A stretch of DNA of 64,000 nucleotides from Chrysomallon squamiferum (GCA_012295275.1 CM022675.1:7874001-7938000); one strand, 5' to 3'; positions 33,361 to 47,460 are shown, counted from the stretch's first letter. Numbers and translations: made by a program. The notes: a model not told the origin generated them from the letters alone.

Positions 33361-34233
33361 ATCAGGAGCTGTACTGAAACATAATACACTTCGGCGCTCG
33401 CCCCTAGTCCCAGGTAGTTACGTCCCTTGATGATGATGATGGCGCGTTTAAGTATTCTGCCGTGTCTTCTGTTTGGCGCCTTTGTAAGTCTCGGAGGGCG
33501 CGTTATTCTGTATCTCACAAACTGTCCGTGTGTCCGTTTCGGTCTCACGAATACTTTTTTTTTTTTTTTATCTTCACGTCCACGCGTTAAACCGTTCAAT
33601 ATTCAACGTTTACCCTACTTCGCTGAGTCTTTGCCGTATACACGTCACTGTGAGTTTACTCTTGGTAAATTACACGTGTTCCGTACATACGTGACTATAC
33701 GTTTTTACGAATACGTAACTATGTTATCGTAAACGTCATTATAATTATACGACACTTTATCGTTTATCGTTTACGTCTTTATTTTTTTATCGTATATAGT
33801 ATTTTTACGTTTGTCGATAACGTCATGATATCTTTCACTCTTACGTCATAATACGTTTACCGTAAGCCCACGTATTTCCGAATGGGCTTTTTCTTTCTTT
33901 CTCCTGTTTTTTTTGTTGTTTTTTTTCACTTGTTTCTTTTTCTAAACTGTCTTTCACAGAACACGTATTAACTACAACTCAACTCTTCTAATCGCATTTC
34001 TCACTGCTCTAGCTGTCTCTCAAGCAGTCTTCGCTCGTATCTTACGACGCCTTTTTAAATGTCTTTCATTGCGCCTTTATCAGCGCCTGCGTGTAATACG
34101 ATCGTTATCGGTTTAAGCTGAAGCTTTTTACGTAACGCTTTAGCCAAAACGATGGCGCCAACAGGCTTCAGTGAAAACAAGGAAGCGAAACGTTTCCGCT
34201 GACCAGCCCGGCACTCACTTACTCACTCTCTCA

Positions 34234-34246
34234 CCTTTATATATAA
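34234..34246 (-). promoter_or_regulatory. Candidate TATA box of the quiver-like gene
   Basis: Minus strand reads TTATATATAAAGG in a GC-richer, non-repetitive block ~880 nt upstream of the ATG. Position is suggestive only. Confidence 0.3.
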
Positions 34247-34849
34247 CGCACCAACTGGAGAAAAAAAAACGGTTTACCTTAGTAGTATGGTGGAGTACGT
34301 TATGAATGCCATACCGCCGTGTGAATTATATATGTTATGTTATATATATATATATTTTTTTTTATATATACCACCACACACACCATCACACATATAACTA
34401 ACTAACCGCTCCCCGATCTAGGTCACAATACGTTTGCATTAACAAAATTCTGTTACTGTTATTGGAAAGACGAAATCATGGAAGCAAGTTCACATGGCGA
34501 ATTCTCAATGCTTCGCAGGCACGGTGGTTACAGCCAGCATCGATCCGAGTGCAGCAATTATTGCACGTGTTGCCAGTGTGTAGAGAAATTCCATTAGTTC
34601 TGCAGTGGACGAGGTTTGTGTACACAAAAAGGGTAGACGTTAGTTTAGTTGTTTGGCTGTTTTTTTTTTATCGCTCTTCTCCTTGTTCTGGTATTTACAG
34701 TTATGAAACAAAAAAATCGAAAGCTACGAGAACTGGGTATATATATATCAGATAATACTTATCTTTTTTTTTCTTTTTTTTTTCTATTTCGTCGTTTTAT
34801 TCTTTGTTCTGTCTATTCAGCTGTTTTGTACTTCTTTCTGTAATTATTG

Positions 34850-35175
34850 TCACGTTCTGCTTTGAACAGCTGTGTATCCGTGATTTTACATTGAACTATC
34901 TGGATCCTTGTTTCTGTATAACAGACACCTGCATCCTTGTTCTATATAACGGACGGTTTATCCTTGTGTTTTTTTTTTTTTTTTTTTATCTCTATATATA
35001 TATATATAACGGACACTTGTTTACTTACTTCCGTATATCGAACAACCGCATCTTTGTTTCTGAATAACAGATATCTCTGTCCTTGTTTCTGTTACGTGGA
35101 ATATTTCTATCCTTGTTTCAATTCAATACAACCGACAGCTCTGTCCTTCTTTCTGAATAACCGTATCCGTATCCA
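34850..35175. repeat. Degenerate ~29-30-bp minisatellite
   Basis: Recurrent TCTG(T/A)ATAAC(A/G)GA...(A/G)TCCTTGTT units. Confidence 0.6.
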
Positions 35176-36204
35176 CGCACATTGAACGAGTCCTATATAT
35201 ATATATTTTTTTTTTTCTTGTTTCTGTGTGTGTCGTTACAGCCTGCTTATCTTCTCTACATCTGTATAATCTAGCCCTCGTTCGTTTCGCTTACGTTAGC
35301 CCCGTAACGCACGCACTGATAACGGTCCAGCCTGCCCGCATATTATTTATACTGCTACCGCGAGAAGACGAAGCAGACGACGACGAAGAGGCGAGGAGAG
35401 AGAGAGATCGACTGTTGTCGGCTATAACCGTCGTTAGACTGACTGACTGGCTGACTGACTGGCAAGGCAGGCAGGCAAGGCAAGCAGGCAGGCAGGCAAA
35501 ACGACCGAGCTATCGACCGGTTTTTTCCGCGGCTGCCCGAACCGACGATCCAATTATTCAATGATTGTTTAATCTGTTACACTGCCGTCACAGTTCCCTG
35601 ACCTTGTACCCGCAGCGTCTTTCTTTCGTCGTACTTCCCTCCCACAGAGATTGGTGGCATCAAGACCATTTCTTCTTCTTTTTCTTTTTATTCTTTTCTG
35701 TTTCTTCTGTTTCTTCTTCTTCTTCGCTTTATTTCTGTATACTCTAGGCAGTTCGTTTGATGTATCACGCGCGTGGAGTGTGTGTGTGGAAGTTGTTTTG
35801 CTGAAGGAAAGGTGAGATAAGGGGTGTGTTCAGCGCAGCAGTTTAGTGTACTAAATAGCGCGCAGCTTTTGAAGATCGTTGTTGTGAATTCGTACATATA
35901 CGTGTACAGTTACGGTTGAAAAATATATTTTTAAATACCGGCTGAAATACCGGAGGAATCGTTCTCATGCATGAGCTGTTTGTTTGTTTGTTTGTTTTGT
36001 TTGTTTATTTATTTATATTTCTTTGATTCTCTTATCACCCATTCAAAATGACGTAGTTTACGTCAACCACTGAACTTCGTATTCCTCTTAACGTGCTTGA
36101 ATGTCTGTCAACAACAAGAACAACAACAACGACGACGACGACGATAACAACAACAACAATAATAATAATAATAATAATTACAGTTATTATTATTATTATT
36201 ATTA

Positions 36205-36317
<113 letters not shown>

Positions 36318-36532
36318 ATTGCTATCCGCAGTAGCAATAAGAACCAGATGTTGGCTTTGCTCCACTGTTGAGATAATTAGTTCATATTTCCATGACGACT
36401 CTTTGTGAAAACTGCAAATGTTACAAATATATCATATATCGTGTCCATTTAGGATTCTAATAATATACTTTAGCGCGGTTAGTGGTGGGGAAGAGACTGA
36501 GAAATAGAAAGATAATTAAAACACAGAGATAT

Positions 36533-36570
<38 letters not shown>

Positions 36571-36578
36571 CAACTCTA

Positions 36579-36626
<48 letters not shown>

Positions 36627-37037
36627 CCTCTCTCTCTCTCTGTGGATGGGTGGTTCTGTGGATGTAAGATTGTGTGGGTGGACGTGTTGATTTACTGACG
36701 TGCTTACGAAAGTCTGAGCTCGCTCGTATTTTCAGCTTTATTTTATTGCAGTTACGTCAATCATCTGGCGTCGAGCGTATGCCGAAACGAACGCTCAAGC
36801 AGATCTAATTACGGCTTCCGTATTTACAGTAAACGCCCTGGTCTTGTCTGAAACAGCGAGAAGAAGATCTGTAGCTGCCGAAGCCAGAAATAGACATCTT
36901 CACTGCAAATCCTGCCAGGCTTGGGCAAACACTGTAGCGGTATAACACGTGCGCACGCATGAAGAAATAATTTGTTCGTGATCTTCCGAGCGTAAACGGA
37001 AAATACCGATCGAGCACGAGAGGGCGTGAAAGTGGGT

Positions 37038-37126
<89 letters not shown>

Positions 37127-37702
37127 AAAAAAAAAATATATATAAAGAAAATAAATAAAGAAATAATAGCAAAATAACAAATACATAAATAATGCTATAA
37201 GCAATGAATAAAGAAAGAAAGAAAGAAAAAAACCCACCTAAATACAAACATGAAATAAAATCAAATTTAATAACAATAAAATCAAATAAATAAATAAAAA
37301 AAAAAAAAAAAAAAATAAAAATCAAATCAAATACAAATGAATGAAAAACAATAATAATAATAATAAAAATTAAAACAAACAAGGAAACAAACAACAAAAT
37401 TACGTTAACTTCTCTTACTGGCGAAATTGCGTGATATGAGTGAGAAGTTTTCTGCGAGTATTGATCTCCTAATCAACGAGTTTCTGATTATCTGCCTGCT
37501 TAGAGTGCCCTAACATAAACACCAACATTTAGAAACCATTAATTTATTCCATCACCAACGCTGCTGTCGAAATAATATGACGTCATGAAACGTCATTTGT
37601 GGCTTGCTCGCGGTAAATGTCTGACGTTCCATTTGGGGGAAGTAATCTAAAAAAACATCAAGTTAATTTCAGTTATGGCCTGCTGTTAGTCTAACGTCCG
37701 TT

Positions 37703-37750
<48 letters not shown>

Positions 37751-38472
37751 TGAAAAATTAAATATTTTATATTCGGTTTTTTCTTCTTTATTTTTTAGCC
37801 GTTAGACTTCTTTCTTTCTTTATCTGTGTTTATGTGCGTGTATAATTACTATATATATATATTTAATCGTTTGTTTTTGTTTCTGTTTTGGTTACTACAT
37901 TTATTTATTAATATTTACTGCTAGGGCCCCTACTAAAACAGGAAAACTAATAATTATTAATAATGATATTTTTCTCTGTGTGCGTCATATGACACGCGGA
38001 AAATCTGTTCGCGGACATCTGTTACATTGTTCTGATTACCGCAATAAACGCAGTTTAAATGTACTTGATTTACTGTAACACGCAGGGGAGGACTGTTCTG
38101 TAGGTAAGGGTGGGTGGGGTAGGGGTGGGGTGTGGTTACCGAAACAATGTGCAAAATGTTTATAATTTGAAATTATAAATTTCACAGTGTGTGTCTGTCT
38201 ATTCATTGTTCTTGGTGTTGCTATCTGTTCGCCGATGCAAATCAAACACTGTGAAGATGGAATCCAGTTCAGCTCGAAAATCATTCAGATTGTGAGAGGG
38301 TTCGCACATGTGGGACATCAGTAATATTTGTGATATTTTCTTGTTAATTATTTATTTTATTTTTTTTAACTTGAAGGGGTTTTCGTGTAACTGGGAAACT
38401 GACCCCATGATCCTTCCCTGAAACGTTTTGTTTACGTTATTTACTTTATTTATTTTTTTATTTTATTTTATG

Positions 38473-38508
<36 letters not shown>

Positions 38509-38711
38509 AAGTAAAAATAAATAATAGGAATAATGTATTTATTTCAGGTTTTACGCTAAGGGAGGTTACCTTGTTTCGATAACGTAAGTGGAGGACGACA
38601 GAGTTATGTCCTTTTGCTATTACAACCGTGTTTTATTTATTTGTAATATTAAGCGTGGTATAACAGTAATGATTTGTGTACGCGTGCGTAGATTTGAGTA
38701 TTGTAAGGGAC

Positions 38712-38776
<65 letters not shown>

Positions 38777-38880
38777 AAAAAAAAAAAAAATTATCTCTTA
38801 GTTTTCATTTACGTTATTATATAAGTAAATAGATAATATAAAATCTTTATATATATAATATATAAAATTAATTATACTAA

Positions 38881-38911
<31 letters not shown>

Positions 38912-38956
38912 ATTCATTTTTTTTTTTTTTTTTTTTTTTTTTTTCCCGATTAGTTA

Positions 38957-39747
38957 TCAAAACACTGAATAATCTTTTTCAGTCCTCAGTGGACAAGACA
39001 AATTTCTCAACATCTTTTCATCGGTAACCGTCAGATAACCCATCTCTGCCTCCACCCTGCCGCACATTCTGTCGATGACCCGAACGAACGAGAAATTGGA
39101 TTTTATCCGCCATTTTAGGGCGGTTTCCGTGGAATTGCTGCGAGTGGAACAGATTGCGCAACCGTTCGGGAAGTCCTGCCTGCGTTATTGAATGCACATA
39201 TTTCTCAGTGTCGGCGCTAAACTCGAGATCTAGGAACTTGTACAGAGTTCTACTCATCTCAAGCGGTTTCTCGGCCAAGTCTTCGTAGCGTAGAGTCAGT
39301 ATCCTTCCGCGATAAATGTTCTGAAGTCGTTTGGAAACGTTCAGGTCGGTTAGCACTCTGTCGCAGAAACGTTTCACTTCTTCGCTGAGACTGTATCTGT
39401 TAATGTTGCCGATGAATACCTGTGATCGTACGTTGCCCCGGGGGTCTCTGATCAAGTGGATTATTTTTAGTTGCGGATGTTTCTTGAGCAGCGGTTCGGC
39501 GTCGCTCATCGACCAGCGGATCGTTTTCACGGACGTGACTTTCGCGTCTGCGCATTTTGAAGTCAGCGATTCGAGACATCTGAGCGTTTCGATGGTTCCC
39601 GGGTTTTGCCGAGTGCACTCGAAGTACGGTTTTGTAGAATGGCTGTTCACTAGGTGGTACTGGGTCAAAGTGTAAAGGTCAATGTCCCAGAGGTGACAGG
39701 TCAAGATATTCTCAATGGTTTCCCTCATTACTTGTTTGCCACTTTTC
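38957..39747 (-). pseudogene. Carbohydrate 6-O-sulfotransferase copy C, last (catalytic) exon with +1 frameshift (pseudogene or assembly error)
   Basis: Acceptor ccgttag at 39748-39749, phase 2. Contains KIIHLIRDPRG (3'-PB motif) and LRYEDLAEKP. After QAGLP (~39165-39172), homology to copies A and B continues only in the +1 frame: NGCAICSTRSNSTETALKWRIKSNFSFVRVIDRMCGRVEAEMGYLTVTDEKMLRNLSCPLRTEKDYSVF*, stop at 38957-38959. Confidence 0.8.
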
Positions 39748-40222
39748 CTAACGGGACAAAACAAACAAACAAACAAACAAACAAACATATAAATAAAAAA
39801 TAAATAAATAAAAAATTCAAAATTATCAGTTACATTACTTGATAACAAAACTAAACTAAAAAAAATAAAATAAAAATAAAAATAAGGATCAAAGCAACAT
39901 AATAAATTCGTAACGTATATACATACACACGTACACGCACACATAATACGTAGATTTATACTCACATACATACATGCAGGCATACATACGTACGTACATA
40001 TGCACACATACATACATACATACATCCATACACACATACACACATAGATACATACATAAATATATGAATACAGACATACCTATATATATATAGATATGTA
40101 CATACATACATACATACACGCATAAATATACAGACATATATAAAGGTAAGGTGTGATACCTTTATAACGTTAAACAAAAAAAAATTAACATGTTTTACTA
40201 GACTTCAACTTTCATTACTTAC

Positions 40223-40400
40223 TTTCCAAACTTGTTTGCAAATATTGCGTTCAAGTTGCTCTTGTTTAACTTTTCTAACGTGTGCAGGGGCTCGTACACG
40301 TAGAATACATCCGGGCTCTGCTGTATGACGTCACCGGTGAAGGACGACCCGCTCCTCATGTAGGTCAAGATGATAACCATTGTTCGACGTCTTGGAATTT
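40223..40400 (-). CDS. Carbohydrate sulfotransferase copy C, PAPS-binding (5'-PSB) exon
   Basis: Acceptor ttaaag (40401-40402), donor gtaagt (40221-40222), 178 nt, phase 1-2. Encodes IPRRRTMVIILTYMRSGSSFTGDVIQQSPDVFYVYEPLHTLEKLNKSNLNAIFANKFG. Confidence 0.88.
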
Positions 40401-40461
40401 CTTTAAATAAAACTGAAACGAGATGTTTAATAACGTTTCATGTTTCTACGTTTGTCTGTCC

Positions 40462-40527
<66 letters not shown>

Positions 40528-40979
40528 ATATATATGTTTATCCGTCCGTCTCTATTTGTCTGCATGTTGTTATGACCGTATTTTATTTATTTATTATTTA
40601 TTTTTTTTTTATTTTTTTTTTTTTTTCTTCAGATCATGAGAACAAATCTGGAAATAGATAATGCTCGTTAATGTTTACTTGTTGTGGGTGTTGTTCATTT
40701 TATTAGCTTCGTAATATTATTGACAACAACAACAACAACAACAACAAAAAAAAAAAAAAAAAGATTTTTAACAATTATCATTTAGAAAGATCTGAACAGC
40801 AACGAAAACAATTAGCTCAGTTACAACATTTATACTGAGTTTAAAATGCGAAACGACAATAGTAATAATAGTATTAGTATTAGTAGTAGTAGTAGTAGTA
40901 GTATTTATAGTAATAACAATTACTGCTACTATTACTACTGATACTACTACTTACTACAACTACATCAACAACTACTACC

Positions 40980-41034
<55 letters not shown>

Positions 41035-42019
41035 GCATATTACTACTACTACTGCTATCAACAATAATAGCAGTAAAACAAAACAATAGCAACAATAATA
41101 ATAATAACAATAATAATAATTACAACAACAGCAGCAACAACAAAACAACAATAATAATAACAACAGCAGCAACAGCAGCAACAACAACAACAACAATAAT
41201 TATAACAACATCAGCAGCAGCAACAACGACAACAAGAACAACAACAACAATAAAACAATACCCATATAGTTGACTCTTTATTCGTTAAATGAAGATTTCA
41301 TTTAAGATAAAATTTCTGTTCTTAACATTCTGCATGTTTAGAAACATAATGTAAATTGAATGCAAAAAAACATTGATATAATAATCTGATTTAATTTTAA
41401 CGATGTCATCCTTCGAAGTAAAAAATAGAGCAACGGAAAGGTAACAAATACAACAAGAATAATTGCAATAATGATGATAATGATAATGATGATGATGATG
41501 ATAATAATAAATAAATAAAAAGATAATGATGATAATGATAATGATGATGATGATGATAATAATAAATAAATAAAAAGATAATGATGATGATAATAATAAA
41601 AAATAAATAAATTAATTAATAATAATAACAACAACAACAACATCAGTACAGTAGATATTAAATTGATCATTTGTACTGCATGAACACAATTATCAAATTT
41701 CAAATGAATTTAGTAAAATATATCGGTAAGCAAATCTGGGGTATGGTTAAATGTACAATACTCTCTATCTCTCTGTATGTCCGTCTGTCTGTCCGCCTAT
41801 CTATCTATCAATCTATCTATCTATATATCTAAATATCTATCTGTCTATCTACCTACATATTTCTTTATATGTTTTCCTTTCAACATGATCACTGAGAATT
41901 TAATGATGATTTCTGTTTATATACCATCAAATGGTACAAACTATTTTTTTTTTTTTTTTTTTTATTGTATTCACTCACACAGACATTTATCATAAATATC
42001 TGTTAATTTTTGGCAAATG

Positions 42020-42066
<47 letters not shown>

Positions 42067-42859
42067 TCACTTAGTTGTCAGATTATAGTGTTTATCAGTT
42101 TTCAGTGGATACGACAAGTTTTTCAACATCTTTTCATCGGCCACAGTCAAGTATCCCATCTCTCTTTGCACGTCTACGCACGCTCTGTCGATGTCGTTGA
42201 CGTAGGACAAAGTCGACTGCGTCCGCCATCTGTAGGCAGTCTGCGTCGAGTTGTGTCTGGCGGTGCAGTAAGGACACTCTTCAGTTTTTCCTGCGTTCGT
42301 AATCGCTTTCACGAAGGTTTTTACTTCCTCGGTGAAGTTCAGTCCGGCAAAGTCGTACAAATAGTTCGCCATTTTCACGGGCTCTTCCGAAAGATCCTCG
42401 TACCTCAGAGTGAAGATTCTTCCTGGAAACGTCTTGGAGAGCTTTTTCGACGCTGATATGTCGCTCTCGATGGTGTCGCACAACACTTTCACTTTTCTGA
42501 TCAGCCTGCCCCTCTTCAAAGCACCGATCCGTATCTGAGAGGCAACCATACCACGTGGATCTCTGATCAGGTGCACTATTTTCAAACGCGGATGATTCTC
42601 GAGAAGTGGTTCGGCGTCCGCCATCCGGAACCGGATGGTCTTCACGCACGTGACCTTCGCGGCTGCGCAGTCGTTGCGAAGCAGGCGCATGCACTGTATG
42701 ATTTCCAGGATTCCCTTTTTCGACGTACACGATTTGTAGTCTTTTGTAGAGTTGCTCATTGCCAAATGGTGCTGGGTCAGAGTGTAAAGGTCAAGGTTCC
42801 AAATACGACAGGTTAGAAAGTTCTCGATGTTCTCTCGTAAACTTCTTCTGTTTGATTTC
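42067..42859 (-). CDS. Carbohydrate 6-O-sulfotransferase (CHST1/3/4/5/6-like) copy B, last exon
   Basis: Acceptor atttcag (42860-42861), phase 2, 793 nt, open to TGA at 42067. Motifs KIVHLIRDPRG, LRYEDLSEEP, YRWR, MGY. Confidence 0.93.
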
Positions 42860-42881
42860 CTGAAATAAATCATATAACAAT

Positions 42882-42937
<56 letters not shown>

Positions 42938-43272
42938 ACACCACCATTACAACTACCGACGTCGATACTTCAATATTATCACTTCAGCTGCATTACGTAC
43001 AACTACTACTGCTACATCCATACTATTACTACTACTACTACCACTACTCCTGCTATTAACTGTTGCCACCACCAACACCATGCCGCTATCTGCACTACAA
43101 CAACTACACCATCCGAACTACTACTTTATCATGATTACGACCAACATTCTTTGATGTTACTACCAACACTACTATTATTATCGCTATAATTACTCCTACT
43201 ACTATTATACCTACAACAGCTGCTATTATTTCTACCACAACTATCAAAACTACTAGTACTATTCCTATTTCA

Positions 43273-43364
<92 letters not shown>

Positions 43365-43424
43365 CATTATTATTATTATTGTTATAAAAAAAAAATATCA
43401 CAAAAAATTAATTCCCAACAACAA

Positions 43425-43456
<32 letters not shown>

Positions 43457-43459
43457 TAC

Positions 43460-43631
43460 CTTCGAGCTTTATTTAGAAAAATCAGTGGCTGCAGTGGATT
43501 CATTATCTTCATAGAGTAAAGAGGCTCGTATACGTAGAATACATCCGGGCTCTTTTGCATGACGTCACCAGTAAAGGACGATCCACTTCTCATGTACGTC
43601 AAAATGATCAGTTTCCGCTGTGAAAGCGCCT
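43460..43631 (-). CDS. Carbohydrate sulfotransferase copy B, 5'-PSB exon
   Basis: Acceptor tgtcag (43632-43633), donor gtatgt (43458-43459), 172 nt, phase 1-2. Encodes ALSQRKLIILTYMRSGSSFTGDVMQKSPDVFYVYEPLYSMKIMNPLQPLIFLNKAR. Confidence 0.92.
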
Positions 43632-43920
43632 CTGACAGACAAACATACATATACCCACATATTAAAGCTTATCCCTGGCAGTACGAATAATAAACGATCG
43701 AATAAGAAATTATTCATCTTGTCGAGTTGCTATTTTTATTATCTAGGATGATTTGGTGTCATTAATAACAAAGCATAACAATAAAACTACACAGTTACTG
43801 ACTATTTGGATGCCGCCATTTTTGCTCTTCAGAATTTGACGTATGACGTCATTGCGTAGGTGTTTTTTTTTTTTTTCGTTTTTCTTTTGCATTTTCTTTC
43901 TCTCTTTCTTTCTTTTTTTT

Positions 43921-43959
<39 letters not shown>

Positions 43960-44782
43960 TATGTTTATTTATTTATTGTTTCAACATTAGAATAAACTTT
44001 GTCGGATCTGTTTTCGATGACGTCATAAACGCAGAACAATACTGTTATATTTTGTTATTAATTTAGATAGCACAGTAAATAAATAAATAAATAAATACAG
44101 AAAACGAAATAAAGTGAAATAAACAAAGATTCAAAAAAAAAAAAAAAAAAAAAAAAAAAAGAAACAAAGATAACTAAACTAAACTAGAATGAAATATTAT
44201 TAAGAATATTGCAGAATATATTTAGACTAGAATTAATAGAATAAAAGGTACACTTTAAAAAATCTAGTCTAATATTTGGATTTGTTCACGTCATTAAGAT
44301 GAATCCACTGCAGTTCAGAATTTCTTTTTTTAAACTCTTGTTTGTCAGAAATGTGTAAACGAGAATCACATGTCAGTCAAAACGAAATAAACATGAACAA
44401 TTTCACTGACTGAATATGTAGAAGCGATAGATATTCATACTGAGTTCATATAACTAACTGAAAATTGAAAAAAAAAAACCCAGACAGAAACAACAAACAG
44501 ACCAAAACAAACCAAAGTAATGAAGTAATAACAGACAGAACAAAAACAAAGACAAGTAAAAGAAAACAGAAAGAAAACAAAAAATAATAATAATCGTAAA
44601 AAAAAATGATAATAATAATAATAATTAAAATAATAATAATAGTAATAATAGTAATACTACTACTACTACTAATAATGATGATAATAATAATAATAATTAA
44701 ATAAAACATGGATAATAATAAAGATAATAAATAAATAAATAAATAAATAAATAATAATAACAATAATAACAACAATAACAAC

Positions 44783-44847
<65 letters not shown>

Positions 44848-45009
44848 AACAGTTTACATTCTGTTTCACTCTACTATTAATTAATTTTCATTTCTTATCC
44901 CGCGGCATATATCAATAAACTAATTATTATATATTAACACCCAAGGCAAAATGCATGGGGTACATCTGTGGCGAAAATATCAGCTGATGTTCGAAGATAA
45001 AAAACAAAC

Positions 45010-45175
45010 ACTTTTGTCTGTTAATGTCAGCAAAGTTGTATCCCTTGAAGTCGGCGATGATGTTTCCGTCATTATCACCGACGTGGTTTACGTTAATGTT
45101 GACGTAGACTTTACAGTAAATGTCAGCGAAGTGTTGTCTGTTAAATCGGCGATGGGGATTCCGTGAACGTCCACA
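45010..45175 (-). repeat. Degenerate 24-bp-period repeat; inverted homolog at 50355-50480
   Basis: Minus strand GGACGTTCACGGAATCCCCATCGCCGATTTAACAGACAACACTTCGCTGACATTTACTGTAAAGTCTACGTCAACATT aligns to plus strand 50361 GGACGACAACGGAAACAGCCACGACGATTTAACCCACAATACTTCGCTGACGTTAACGGGGACGTCTACGTCAACATT. Confidence 0.75.
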
Positions 45176-45419
45176 AATTTCATTAAATTACGACAGATTT
45201 AATACCTGTAACATTTAGTATCGTACTATGAAATATCTGACTTAAGACGTTAAGAGTTACGATAACTCAACGATCGCGCAAAACAGATGAACGTAACAGA
45301 TTCAAGCAATACTAGTAATGACATATCCAATTTAACGAGAAATACGAAACTTATATTGCAGGGCAACCTTAGGGGCTTATCTCTGACCTCCATATATATA
45401 TATATATATATATGAATGT

Positions 45420-45575
45420 ATTTAAGAACGAATATTATGTGGTTCTATGTACATCTGATTAGACTCTGTACATAGACAATATTCGGGAACGCACTGGCGC
45501 AGGAGGACAAAGTCCAAACATGACCTCACAAACCCGTCAGATGCCGCTGACGAGACTCGAACGTATGGCACCCAT
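45420..45575 (-). mobile_element. tRNA-derived SINE-like fragment (5'-truncated)
   Basis: Minus strand has a Pol III B-box-like GTTCGAGTC (45554-45562) followed by a GC-richer body, flanked by TA/TATG microsatellites. No A-box visible. Confidence 0.4.
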
Positions 45576-46164
45576 ATATGTATGTATGTATGTATATATG
45601 AACCGATTTTATCTCTGTATTAAAGTTTGAAAATCAGCCTGATCGTAGAAATACTGACGTTCTCTTTAGAGAATGAAAATAACAGAAGAAAAAACGTTAT
45701 CGGAAAGGACTGGTACAAAACAAAGAAACAAAATAACAATAAAACAACAACAACAAAGAAAAACTCGTTGCTTTTAGATAACATATGATGATAACTTTTT
45801 CGTCATAATTTTTACCAACATCATGATCATTATTATCATCATCATCATAATCATCATAATCATTATTATTATCATTTTCATAAACATATACACAGATTGA
45901 CAGATAAAAGAAAAGTTTGGTTAACCCGCAGAAAACCAGGTTATTATTAATTTTTTAATCAATAATTTTTTTTTTTTTTTTCTCTAATGCAGATGTTTAA
46001 ATACATATAATTACAACAGAGAAAAAATAGACTTTAGAAACATCGCGTTAAATGAGTGACAATCAGAAAAAAACAACAACATTTATTTGAATAACGTCAA
46101 GGCGCCCCTTAAACAAAAACTCATTTTCATTTAAACAATGAATTTGAACAATGTTTTGTAATAC

Positions 46165-46248
46165 CTGATGATTTTATCCAAGAATTTTCTAAGGCCTGGT
46201 ACTGCTTTTTCACTTCAGATGTGTTTACAGGAAAACGTGTTTCTTTTT
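46165..46248 (-). CDS. Sulfotransferase copy B, stem exon 2 (84 nt)
   Basis: Acceptor ccattag, donor gtatta, phase 1-1, open. Encodes (E)KETRFPVNTSEVKKQYQALENSWIKSS and is paralogous to exon 46952-47035. Confidence 0.7.
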
Positions 46249-46287
46249 CTAATGGAAAATAAAAATGAGAAATGCAATAATAATAAT

Positions 46288-46325
<38 letters not shown>

Positions 46326-46951
46326 CAACAAGAGCAACAGCAACAATAATAATAAATAAATAAATACATAAATAAATAAATAAATAAATAAATAAATTAA
46401 ATAAATAAACACACAAACAAACAATCAAAATAAATAAACAAACAAAGGAACAAACAATCAAAATAAATAAATAAATTAAATAAATAAACACACAAACAAA
46501 CAATCAAAATAAATAAATAAATAAATAAATAGAACATTAGATAAAACACAACACAGTCAAATACAAAACGACAACACATACAAACCAAAGTTAAATACAA
46601 ATTCACATACGACAGAAAATAAAATGCATGAAGAAAATAATTTAAAAATAAAATTAACTACAGCACAGCAATAAATAACCAAAAAACCCACCTAATTTAA
46701 CAAAAACAAACAAAACAACAACAACAATAAACAAACAAAAAAACCTCATAAACACAGCAGCAAGGACTATAAAATATAAAATTAAACATGACACATAAGA
46801 TAAATAAGTAGCAAACTTACATAGAGCATTTTCAGTTCTACCACTGTGTTATGGATTGTTAATAAGCGGTTAATAGCAATAAAAATGTGGTATCAGGTTA
46901 TTAAATTTCGCTCATAATCTTCTTATATAATAAAACAACATGTAACAGTAC

Positions 46952-47035
46952 CTGTTGGTTTTACTCCACTATTTTCGAGTTTCTGGAATTTCTCATTGAT
47001 ATCGGAAAAACTGACTGGACGTCTTTCATCCTTCT
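46952..47035 (-). CDS. Sulfotransferase copy B, stem exon 1 (84 nt)
   Basis: Acceptor aaacag, donor gtactg, phase 1-1, open. Encodes (E)KDERRPVSFSDINEKFQKLENSGVKPT. Confidence 0.72.
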
Positions 47036-47397
47036 CTGTTTTAAAATAATAATCTCACAGTTAGTTGTTAATCAATTCAAAATATACATCTGAATAATTA
47101 AATGAATGAGTGAATGGATAAATGAATGAACGAATGAATAAATGAATGAATAAATGAATGAATAAGTAAATAAATAAATATATAAATAAATATATAAATA
47201 ATGTAAATAAACAAACAAAAATATATATAAATAAACAAATACAGAAATAAATAAACAAACAAATAAATACGTAGATATATAAATAAGTAAATAGATGGGT
47301 AGATAGACAGATATAAATCGTCCACTCTTTCTGTCTTTATCTATATGCACGTATGTTTGTCTGTCTGTCTTTCTCCCTAGTTCTTCCTCTGTCCATT

Positions 47398-47460
<63 letters not shown>

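Noticed and set aside
39748-40043. N-terminal ~98 aa of the 341-aa track ORF
   Set aside because: Intronic TATG/TTTG repeats read through in frame. The true exon begins at the acceptor at 39747.
43489-44313. 15-bp exact inverted repeat between the PSB exon of B (43489-43503) and intron (44299-44313)
   Set aside because: Does not extend on either side. A 15-mer match is near chance expectation in a 64-kb window and too short to call an editing or splicing duplex.
45206-45270. Possible additional stem exon in B (donor-like ACAG|gtatt at 45204-45205, IFHSTILNVT)
   Set aside because: No convincing acceptor gives a frame-preserving phase 1-1 exon.
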